A DNA stretch of 64,000 nt from Ascidiella aspersa. Its lineage: Eukaryota. Each line of letters begins with the position of its first letter. Position 1 is the stretch's first letter. Position numbers and translations under genes: made by a program. The stretch is taken from positions 25,358,001 through 25,422,000 of the forward strand of contig OZ004608.1 in NCBI GenBank assembly GCA_963924565.1, given 5' to 3'. The notes under the pieces were generated by a model, which made no database searches, had not been told where the DNA came from, and saw only the letters and a program-made list of their open reading frames with translations. Below, one piece after another: positions 1 through 12,000 of this stretch.

Positions 1-3000
1 CTAAAAGGTATTGCGGTCAATTTTAAGTGCGCTGTTGTTTTAATTCTACAAAAGTTACACTATTGGTGTTGTAAAGATTTTTTTCGTGGTCGAATATGCA
101 ACTAATGTTTTCGAACAGGATACAAAAGGAAAAGGATTCAATGACAATTCGACATTTTGAACAAGTCGACAATCCTACATAGAAAATTAGGCTTTTTTCA
201 GCCTATACATAAATAAGAATATTTGATTTTCTGGGGCACGTGATGGTGCAAACCTGTATCGCAGTTCGAAGCTCATGAGTTCTCCTGCGATCTTGGTCGG
301 TTCTTCCCAAGTAACGACCACTCGGCCGTTAGATAAACCGAGGATGAGAGTGGGTGGTCCAGGTACTTTAAAACCAAAACAAGGTCTGTGTTTAAAAATC
401 GAATGGAAACTATTTAACAGCTGTTAAAAAATTGGAAATTGAATTATTTCGTTAGTTACGTTAAAAGCAACTTTTCAAACGTTAAAACATTCGTGACATC
501 AACACTTACTCTCTCCTCTTGTTGACTCCGATACGACGGCACTGAAGGGGCCTGAACTTTTACTCGTAAATCCTGCTACTCGCACGGAGTACTCGGTCTT
601 TGGTCGTAGACCGGTAAGAGTATAATCCTGGAAAAAAATAATTTACAAGTGTAAAAAATAAAGTACACATCGCTTAGTATATAATACACAAAAAAAGTAT
701 ATATCTATTTTTTTTTTCAAAAATTAATGGTTATACCAGTTCTTGATAAATTTAATTGAAACAATGTAAATGCGATTCATTTAATTTCATATCTTAAACA
801 TGAATTTGCCACAAAACAATGCAATTTTTCGTAGCACAGAATGCTGCAGTGTGAAGGGAAAACCAATTAGTCGGAAACAAAATTGCACCATCATCAATAT
901 AGCAAGGGGTCAGTAAAGGGAAGGGGTTAAGGTCATATAAGGGTAAACAGAAACCGGTGGATTCAATGACGGTCCACAGCAGAACGATTACACCAAAAAA
1001 TCATGCTGTTAATTAAGGAAATATCAGCGAAAAAACAATACTCGACAGCCGATGCCGGCGTCGGCAACATGGACGATTAGGTTAAAGCTTGATCACATTA
1101 GTTTTGTATCATGGCCAGTAGTGTAATGCATATTGCTGCCTGCAACTGGGATGCGTCTCACCATTCGCTCAATGCAGAGCTCGTAGCGCTTTCGCGATTG
1201 TCTATTGCCCCGGCACTGAAGACACAAAGTGCACTTAAGAAAAATCGCTGCAATACGCTATACCTTGCTATTGTCACTGTCCGTATTATTGTCACAATAC
1301 GTTTTTCTTATATAAAAATCAATAATCAAATTAGGGGCAGCAGAATACTCTAGCAAAGCTGCTAGCAATTCAGGCCAGACACTATTCAAAGATCTTAAAA
1401 GATATTTATACGCCAGCAAAGGCATTGTCAGAAAATCTTATTAAAATTGAGTTATTTCAACAAGATATACTGACAATGCCTTTGCTGGCGAAAGAAATCT
1501 TTTAAGAACTTTTGATAGTTTTTGACCTAAATTGCTAGCTTTGCATTCTGCTGTTATTGATCAGGAATTAAGATCGACATTTAACCTGTACGGGGAAAGG
1601 TGATTTCCATTATCAAATATTTAGTGCAACATTAATACTATATTTCTCCAGAAAAACGGTATACGCGTTCCTTGGTTTATTTATGAAACGCTAATGGACT
1701 CTTGCAGCAAACGTCGAACAAAATACAAAACAAATACAAAGTAGCTTAACTTTCACAGAAAAAAACTTAATAAGCCAAAAGTGAGCAACATCGCCCAGAC
1801 AAGAGGTAAATCACCCACCAGTCCGCGATTTGGATCCTGGCCAACGAAGTCCTCCATGTAGGTGTTGACGATGCGAGATCTGCTATGCGGTGAGGCCGCG
1901 TACGAGATCTGGTATCCCCGTATCTGGCCGTTGGCCGCCTCAGGCGACACCGCCAGCCAGCGGATACGAATCGCCGAACTGTTTACCGCTTGGAGGTTGA
2001 CGTTGCGCGGAGCAGCTTCGGGGACTGTACGAAAAATTAATAAGAACATTTTGGGTTGCATGCAAAAATCACATACATTTTTCTGTAAAGTCTGTAAAAT
2101 GTTCAAAGTATATGCTGGGAATTAATGTCCTGTTAGAAATTCGGATGTTTTACGACGATAGAATAAACCCGCACTTCCTGTTTACATGCACGTAAATGCT
2201 TTTTGGACAGCGTGCAAAAGGTTTAACGTATAAAAAATTATAAACGGTTCAATAACAAATCAAGGCATAATATATAATTATATCCTTGCTCTTTACAACA
2301 AATATGGGTCAAAATGCAATTATTCATATCTCTCTTTGTTCAACATGAAAACAAACATACTTGACTCGGCTGTGCTTATTTTCACTATTTTGCTGTCGGG
2401 GCCTTCCCCTTCTTCAGTAGAGGCGCACACCCACACCACGTAGTTGGTGTAGGGGCGTAGGCCGGAAATGACGGAACGAGTCTCTTCGGCCCCGACCCGT
2501 TTGCTCATGACGTCATTACGTCGCTCGATTTTGTAGTAGACAGTGAAGGCGGTGAGTTCGCCGTTCTGTTGCTCTTCGGGAGGCGGAGACCATCGAACCG
2601 CAAAGGAGTTGGCGGTCACTTCGCCGGCAACGACATCTAGTGGCGCCGCGGACGGAGCTGTTGCGGTCACGAGGTGGCGCGCCAAACGAAACATGCAATA
2701 TGCGTTGCATTCAGATAAGCATGCGCGAGATACAACATTTACGAGCGTTCGGAAGCAGGTTCGAGTTCGGTGAGGGATCGCGGGTTGTACGTTCACGACG
2801 GACACAACGAAGAAGATGCAAAAGAAAAAAAAGAAAAAAGAACATCAGATAGGAGGTTAAGGGGTTAAACCTTACTGTTACATTACTTTGATTTCTTACG
2901 CAAGTTTAAAACTACATGAATGTTTTTCCAATGCTAAGTCATGATACAAAACGTAGTGATAGTAAATAGCCTCTTGGCCTGGTTATTTATTTTTGTTAAA

Positions 3001-6000
3001 TAGTCTCACTCAGGGTCCGCGTAACGCTTGGGACCGAATAGCACTTTACTTGGGGGGGGGTTATATTATCAGCACGTACAACTGCAAATATCACATAGAT
3101 TTCGTCTTACCGTCGGGGCGCGTTGTCAAAGAAATTAAGGGCGTGAAGGCGCCAATGCCGGTCTCAGTCCTGGCCGCCAGCTTAATCTTGTACTCGGTGT
3201 TCGGGGTTAAGTTGTTCAACACGAAGTTCTTTGCGTTACGGTACATCGTCAACTTGCGCGGCTGCGTAAAAATAAATGAATAAAGGTTTCGGCAACAGCA
3301 GATGAGTTGGTATAAAACTGGTTTTCAGACAGGTGCTTTGCTTAGGGATATTTTTATCGTTTTTGTTGCAAACAGAAACCTGCTCAGCATCGAAATGTAC
3401 TCATAGTTATTTTGTTATATGCCAGTTTTTATTTATCGTTGAGAGGCTACTGAATAAGACTAGAAGCTGGAATCTTGTTAATGTGGCTTTGTACTTATGA
3501 TGCAACGCCCTTGTTGTATTTAAATATAAAAAAGGAAATTTACTTATGTATATGAACATTGCAGGGGGTTGACGTGTCGGCAAGTTAACACGAAACTGTA
3601 CACGGTCGAGAAGCGGGCGTCTGCCTGTGTTAACATCAAGTACGACAGCAGTAGTAAATGACCTATAAGTATGTTGGAGTGATGTCTCCGGTGATAAGCT
3701 TTGCTGTGCGACGCAATGGCTACACGAACATTGAATTTGCAGACGAAAACATGCCCATCAATTTGAACACAGCTAAGAAGGATTGAGGAAGGTTAATCTT
3801 AGGTTCCAATTATGATACAGGAAAAGCGCGTTATGGCTACGACAACAAAAAAATCTTACAAACATACAGCTTCATTATGGCTAGGCGTATACTGTGAGGT
3901 ATCTTTTGAAACTTAACCAGACGAAAGCGAGTTTGTATTGCGAAATAATATTGCGTCACTTTTGCTACCTCTGGACAGGACGAGCCATTGCAGCTGGTGT
4001 AGGAGAGTATGTAGTTGTTGATACTGGGCTTGGGACCGTCCTCGGTGGCTGGCCCGACATAACAAGGCGTGCTCCACTGCAGGCGAATCCGCTTCGACGA
4101 GAGAGCTACTCCGCGGAAATCCTGTGGCTGCGACGGCACTGTAGGCCGAAAATATTGAGTGAGTTTTTTTAGAAAAGAACAAAACTTCCTGTCACAGGTC
4201 AACAGGAAATAATTCATTTTTAAGTTTGGATATTAGGAAGTGGATTGATTTTGCCGAACATCTGGCCTGGCATTACCAGTTTGTACATCTAACTTAAATT
4301 TTACAGTTTTCTGGTAAAACTAACTGGCTGCCTTAAAAATATTGTAATCTGTTTAGGTATTAAAAGCACCACTGGGTCTTGTTATCTTGTGGCATGTCTC
4401 GAAAAATAACACGACTTCGTAATGCTTGTACATTACGAACAAGTTAGGCCTTTAGCGAATAAGCATATACACAATGTTCAAACCTCCTTGGTCGGTCTTC
4501 ACCATCACCATTTCAGACATGGGACCGATGCCGACGGAAGTTGCAGCAGCCAATCGGATCGCGTAAGTTGCGTGTGGCGTCAGGTCCTTCAGTGACGTCA
4601 GGCGCTTTTCGCTCACCAGCGAGTTCCACTCTGAAACGTTTTTATGTTTTTTTTTTTGCATTACGTGCGTATTTGGACTATTGAAGTGGTTACGTAGCAG
4701 TGTTGTTGTCTAACACCGAAAAATTGCTTGACGGTTTCTAGTGAGTCGCAGACGATTTAATGAATTTGTTTTATTTTAAAAACAGCTTTGATGAATCAGA
4801 ACATGAAAAAATAGATCGATTTTATCGATAACGTTTGGATGGAATCAAAAAATTGATTTATTCTCTATCCAGGATAAACAATGCGCCACGAAAGCATAAA
4901 ATATCTATATTTTTAAAGATTTATAGAAAGCTGTAATTTTTTTCCGGACCGAACAACTCGTAGGTTGATTTCTATTCTTTCGCCAACGTAGGTATATTTA
5001 TCCTTCAAATTTTGACAAGCTTTATTATTAGGGGTGCGCCATTAGCGTGCAATCGACTGACAGGCGCAAGAGAAGGAATTTGCGTTACCTTGGAAATTCA
5101 CGGGAAGAAAACTGACATCAGGCGGTTCGCGACGACCGCGCGTTAAAATCACACCGGCAGAAATATCGACAGGGCGCGCATTAAGCGTCTCAATGCATTA
5201 CAGATTTGACGAGGCGCCAAAGCACCGCAGACCACAGTCGAGTCAATATCCTGTCTAATGAGTTCCGGGTGCCGCTTTTCATCTTCCGTGACAATTGATT
5301 TGCCTCGCAGGGGACAGGGGTGGACGCGTGCGCTCATGAATATTTACGAACACGAAAGCGCCGGGGTTCGAAATATGGGGGGGGGGGGGCATAAATAATT
5401 GAAGTCCGACTAGAATGCGATTTCAAGTCCGAGCGCAAACAGCGAAAAATACACGAGTCGGATAAACAAAGCAAAACTATGGCGCGTGTGCGACAGTTAC
5501 AAAGACAATTTCGACCCTTTACATTTCGAATTCGGCAGCACGCTCATCAATATTAATCAGTCGCTCTCACTCAGCATTTCGTAATACGCGAGATGCTTTT
5601 TCAGACGCTGGGCGGCTGAAAGTCGCGTCGGATTTGGACGGTATTAACAAAAACAAAACAAAGAAAAAAACGAAATGTTTCACCGCAAGATAAAACAGGA
5701 TTGGGACTTTAGGTTTCAATGAGCTGCATTATTATAATATGTCTAGGTTTGACAAAAATGTTTTACTTATCGCGCGTTTTTTTAACATAAACGAAGCAGT
5801 GGCGGGATTTTTTCTTTTGTATAGGCTTGCATTCCAAAGATACAACCGTGGGAAAATAAACAATAAAATTTGTCAGACACAAAACGGAAAGTTTCTAGTT
5901 TAAAGGTGGTTGGAGCCACCCAATCTTCTTATTCGACACGCCGAAGGTTTGTCTTAAATAAAAAAAGGTCGAATCATGTGCGTATTTTAATTATCTGTTA

Positions 6001-9000
6001 ATCGTACAGGTGGGAAAAGCGAAAATTTTACATACCGGATATTGGCAGGGCTGGCAGGCTTGTGTAGTAGACACTGTAGCTGGTAACGTTTCCGTTCTTG
6101 CGCAGGGGCTCACCCCAACGAACCATGACGGTGTTGGTGCCGTATGGGTAGGCCTTCACATCAACAGGGGGACTTCCCGGAGCTGAAAATAAACAATCAA
6201 GTTAACTGTAGCTCCATGGGACAACGTTTTTTTTGCGCAATCGCCGCGGTATGAGAAGCAAACTGAACAATACCAGGCCAACGGACGTTAAATGATCGCA
6301 ATTGTTTTTTAGGCAAATAGCCCGGCTGCGTAAACATTCGAAAGGCCAATACTGCCTTTCTAAAGACCGATGCAAAGAAAAGCAAACTTAAACGGGCGAG
6401 AGATGTAAACAGAACTAAAGCGCACCGTTTCGACGAACGCGATCCAAACGGCAGCGAGTATTGCACCTAGTCCGTCAGTGCAATCGCTTCTCGCTGTTTA
6501 TTTACCCTACATGCTCATCCTATGTGTGTCCACAACAGCGAACGACAATCGGTGGGAGTTGCACTGCCGTGTGTGAGAACCGATTAGCCGCGTGCGAACG
6601 CAAAAGATATGTTTAGTTTATCTCAGTTGGGCGAGGAAAGCTAGTGTTGCTCCGTACGTTTAAATGTTGGCAAAGGATAGAAATATACGGAATTTGTTAG
6701 AAATGAGTTCTGTGAATATAACACTAAAATAGATTTTCTTTTTCTTTATGTCCTACACAAAATGCTGGATAGCTAAAAAATACATCAAATTATCATATAC
6801 ATTAAATTAATAAATCGAGGCAGGTAGGTTTTATCTAGCATTTTATCGCAAACATAAGCCCCAGGCAGGACAAAACACAAAGCCTTTTAAATCGGTGCGA
6901 CCTTTTCCATAAAATCGATAGCAATTACCTACTTCCTTTTAAGAGGTCAAGCGCAAAGCATTTAGAGAAAACGAGAACAGCACACGACCATAATTAAAAC
7001 CTTACAGTAAGAAATATTACTTCTGTTTTGTTGTCGTTGATTTTATGTCACAATCTCAATTATATTTAAAATAGAAAGCGCTTAGACCAACCGGACCGCT
7101 GTGCTGTGCGCAATTTCGGTGATAACGAGTTGAGAAAAGGCAGCACAGTACAGCGAGCAAAAAGGAACATCTGGCTGATGTCGCACGCCAAATAAAACCA
7201 GCACGCTTCGGGTCGACCGAATCTAACCGACGGTTTTACGGGTGCACCTGCGCATCAAAAGGCTAAGTCGTGTTTGGGCCACTAGCCAGCATCACGAGTA
7301 TAAGCAAATAACGGGAGCCCGCGCATTTCGGGCTACTGTCCTCTGTGTTTATAAATGTGTTTATAAAAGGGTGAGTGCCTATGGCGTGTCGCCCTCGTCA
7401 CAAAACAAACCACAGGCCAGGTGAAGCGGTAACCTTGCAGGTTCGGTATCAAGAATCTCTAATCTGAATTTTGTTAAAACATTTCATATCCAACAGGGCG
7501 TAAGTAAGCAAAAGGGGGGAAAGTGCTCCAATATATTTTGTCTCGGATAACTGGAATTCATTTTGGTGTGTTCATGTGACTGAAAAAAACCTCAACATTG
7601 ACACATTCGGAACACTTAATAATAAATGACTGTGGTTAAGTGTAAGAAGCCAAAAAGGGGGCGTTCTGTTTTAGAAAAAGAACCTTATAGTTGTGGCCCT
7701 ACCTGCTTCTCCGGTTCTGAGGTACACCGGGGTGCTTTTCGCTCCTTCCCCTTGCTCGTTGACTGCAGCCACACGAATCTCGTACATCGAATAAGGCTCA
7801 AGTCCTGACACTGTGAAGCTGTAAGGAAAATAAAGGGAAATTCAACCTAGGGTTACAACTGTCGAATTGCATTAGGTGTCATAACTACACAGCTTATTAA
7901 GATGATATAGGACAGGTCTACGCGACCTTTTAGGCTTTGCCATTCATTATTAAGCTACACAGCTTATTTTATCGACACCTAGTTTCGTTAAGTTTATCTA
8001 ATTTTGCAATGGGAACGTTGTCCAATCTTTGAAAAGTCTATATTTGTAAAATGTTGTTGTATTTAATTGAATATATGTATCGTAATCCGTAAGCGGAGTC
8101 AAAAAAACAAAAAAATACATTTTTTATTAGGCGATCCGTTGGGCATGAGCCTTTTAAGCGTTATTTGACGTGTATCCGCTTAGTTATTAATGCGATTCTT
8201 AAAAGCTAGATTGGCCGATCCCCAAACGTCAACATGGCCTCGTCGAGATTAAACAGACAATTCTACATTTTTCAAGTTCTTATTTACGTCGTTTTGCAAC
8301 AGAGCTTCACAAATATGAAGATGGTTTTGGAAAAAGAATTAACTTAATGAATTATTGCAAAAGTCGAAACCAAGTGAAGCCATATAACGTTTTAAGGTGG
8401 CTGTTTGTACTGGCCTTAAACCGTCGGGAATATTCTGAAACCTTTAAGGTCCTATTTGCGCAACACGTGACGCAACGTAAGCAAATAACGTCAGAAGAAC
8501 CGCAGCGTATCCGGCATACAGCTAGCGCAGTGAAAATAAAAGACGTATTAAATGGTGAAACGTTGGATAGAAAAAGCGTACAGACTTGCCGTCTAATGGA
8601 GGCCATTGTCAGGAAGAGAATCAAATAAAAAATACGTTTCTTTGATCTGAAACCGCTCGAAGACTATGAAGATCAAACAGTTTCCGAATCTTGGAAACTA
8701 TTTTAGGCCTTACCTTGTGGACGAAACCTGGTACAGGGTTTGGTAAGGCGGCGTACTAAGCATCGGCTTGTAGTAGATGGTGTAGCTGCTAACCGGCTCC
8801 GCGTTGCCCGACCTCCACGTCACAGAGAGCGATTGTGACGAAATCCCTGCGTCACCCAAGCGCCGAAGATCAACAGGAGGCTGCGTCAATACAAGCAGTT
8901 TAAGTAAGTTAGATTTTAACAGGATTTAATACTAGATTGTAAATTTGTAACCATGCTTGCTGATTCTGTCGATTTCTTTGAAGTACTGAAATTGGTTATA

Positions 9001-12000
9001 TGGTTTATTTATTATTCAGAATTTGGAATAAATATTGTTTTTAATTAAAAAATATGCGACCTATCTCGAATTGAATACGTTATGCACCTTGTCTATAGAC
9101 AGAAGACAACCTACATGAAAATAGTACAACTCTATAACACCTGCGCCCTTACCCAGGGGTAATAGCTTGAAACTAAGTGTATTCAACACATATTGAAGAA
9201 ATTAACACGCCTCAGCTTAAAATGAGACATACACAATCAGCCGAAAAGCACCACTTTCAATAAAATACGACATTAACTGACCTTGGGAATGGCCTTGACC
9301 CGCACGTGGGTGGTGACGTTGATTCCATTAATAAAGGAGCTCGCCTCGCATGTGTAGTTGGCCGATTCTTGCACATTCTTAAGCGGAAGCACCAGCCGTC
9401 CGATTACCACCGCCGACTTCTCAGGCAGGACGTCCACGAAACCGTATGGCGTTTCTGTTTTCAGAATAGAAGACAAAAATTGGTAACCGTTTTACAGGAC
9501 AAGTAAAGTGACTCTTTTAGTTTCCTTGTTTGATTTGAAAAGGTTGGACCTACACAACATTCCGAGATTTTATGTGAGCGTTTGGGCCCGGGATAGGTTC
9601 TTACGCATTCATACGCCACAGTGTGACATCCACTAAAGAGCCACGTATATGCCGGTACTTACGTTTGCGCCACTTAACCCTGGGCATGGGAGCTCCTACA
9701 GCCACGCAAGTGATGTTGATGTCGCCGTTCTGCGCCACTTCGTAGCTCGCATGCGGCTTAATTGAAAAGCGCACGGGAACGCGACGCACTGTGGATGACA
9801 AATTCACACTTGTAAGTACAATGTACACTAACAAGAAAGAGCTTGTATAAGTATAGTGCTCATTTAAACTCTTCAGTCAACGGCCCGCCATATTACATCA
9901 AAACTTTCCGAAAATCTTTCCGATAGATGTAACACTTGAATTGATGTTACTATTTTTGTAATCCATATTGTTCGTTGCGTAACCCTTGCACAATCGCGAC
10001 CCTATAGTTTGCGAAGCTCAGCTTATAATTTGAACAGCTTGAAATGGGTACGTTTGCTGCCTAACGTTTATTGCCAATCAGTATAAAAACACCACTACGG
10101 CATTGTAAGATATCTGATTTCGAAGACCCAGTCGTCTGCTTAGATAAACTTTATTTAAGGTAGCAGATTGTCACATTTCTCACGGTGGGCCCGCTGATAC
10201 GTCCAAGTCGACAGAAATATCTTACAGGTAAGGATATACCTCCAGCGGACTACGCAGTTTAAAAATAACAAACTTGCTGCAGTGCTTTGCAAGGCGTACG
10301 CAAACACTACTTTACAACAACAACAGAGACAACATGTTGTGTATGGTTTCTTTTATAAAAAATAATTCTGAAAAGTGTCCTAATGATTTCTAATATTCTT
10401 TGCAAATAGTTGCATATGGATATAATAATTCTGTAACGATATAATTCAATAAACAGCAATTCAGAAAAGAATCATTGCATTAAACAATTGATTCTCGAAT
10501 ACACATCGTCACATATAAATAGCAAAAATATTCCTAAATATGCAAACAATGAAACGAGAATGTTCGCAAAACACGAATATTCCCAAAAACAAAATGAAAA
10601 GTTCATTATTTTGGAAGTGTCAAATAATGAACGCTGTAGTCGTTTTTGTAACATCATGAACGTTTAACTTTACTAATATATACTTACGATCGCGCACTAT
10701 GGTACGATCCAGAAGTAAGATTTCAAGGAAAGAACGAAAGAAAATTAAAATCGATAAGTGTAACACGGATCCATAAAAGAACACCGACATCGGGTTTTAA
10801 GGGTATAATTTTGATATGTTTCGCAAAGGCAAGCGTATGTCTTAGTTATCGATTTTAGATACACGTCCAGACAAAAGGCTGAAAGAAAAACGTTTGAAAC
10901 AAATATAAAAAACATGTAACGCCCGAACTTAACAAAAATGTCAACTTTATTAGAGCCTCGAAATTTGTAAAACTTACATTTTCAAGAGGGATTTTTTCAA
11001 AATGCAGTCAAACCAAATTTTGCTTTTTTACTTTTTCTGTATCTTAATCTACTTGCTTCAAACTTAGCTAATTTTATTGAGATAAAACTATTATTTTTCT
11101 ATAGTATATAAACACAAGAGAGACCGCATAAGCATACGTTAGCTGTAAGGGGGTCGTTAGTTTCCTAAAATATTTGATCAGATAGTACCTTTAACGTAGA
11201 GACGGGCATCGTCAGAAAAGATTGTCCCGAAAGAGTTGCTGGCTGAGCAGTAGTACCTCCCATCGTCGCTGTAGTTGCTTTTGTGAATAGTAAGCGAACC
11301 TGGGAGAAAGAAGCAAGTATATAAACCATCCACCTTCTTAGAGCGATGTCCAAAATATTTTTAGAGAAGGATACACGGATAATCACTTGTAAATACGAAG
11401 AACGAAATTTGTTAAAAATTAATAAACAGACGTCGTTTTCGCTAGGTCGTGTGGAAATTCTTGCACATAAGAAATGCAATCCAAATTAAGAAACACCATT
11501 ACTACCTGAATTAAGCAATCATTAATAGGAGATCAAAACCGATGGGAAATTCGTGTGCGCATGAACCATGTATATTTGATGAGAAACAGTTTATAATATA
11601 AACGGCCCTAATTTTCTTCAATTGTGTCAATCTACGACACCAGATAAAACTCTATTACAAAACGGCGTGCCTTAAATAGGAGCTAGATTTCGAAATAACA
11701 AATCAAATGTACGACTTACAAATTTTGTCAGCGATGCTGCAAACAAACGTTAGCCGGACTAATTTCGAGTTTGGGGCATAAATAATGCAACAACTCCATT
11801 TCATTTGTTGTGCGCATATGTAACGTGACAAGGTCAAACTTGGCGGGTTAAAGGTCACGTTCGTCGAGTAGCTTTAAAATCGAAACTTGCAGCTCGTTGA
11901 TTTTGAGTTCATATTTTCGCTCGTTAAGTTAGCGGTCTTGCCTCATGGGTAAACATCATTATTTTTTTATAACGCTTTCTAGCAAGCATTACGTCACGCA

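Noticed and set aside
2658-2805. N-terminal extension of the 161-aa FN4 ORF
   Set aside because: Intronic: no AG acceptor exists in it, and AG depletion helps keep the frame open
3010-3043. 34-nt possible exon between FN3 and FN4
   Set aside because: Not a multiple of 3, poor acceptor, very short upstream intron
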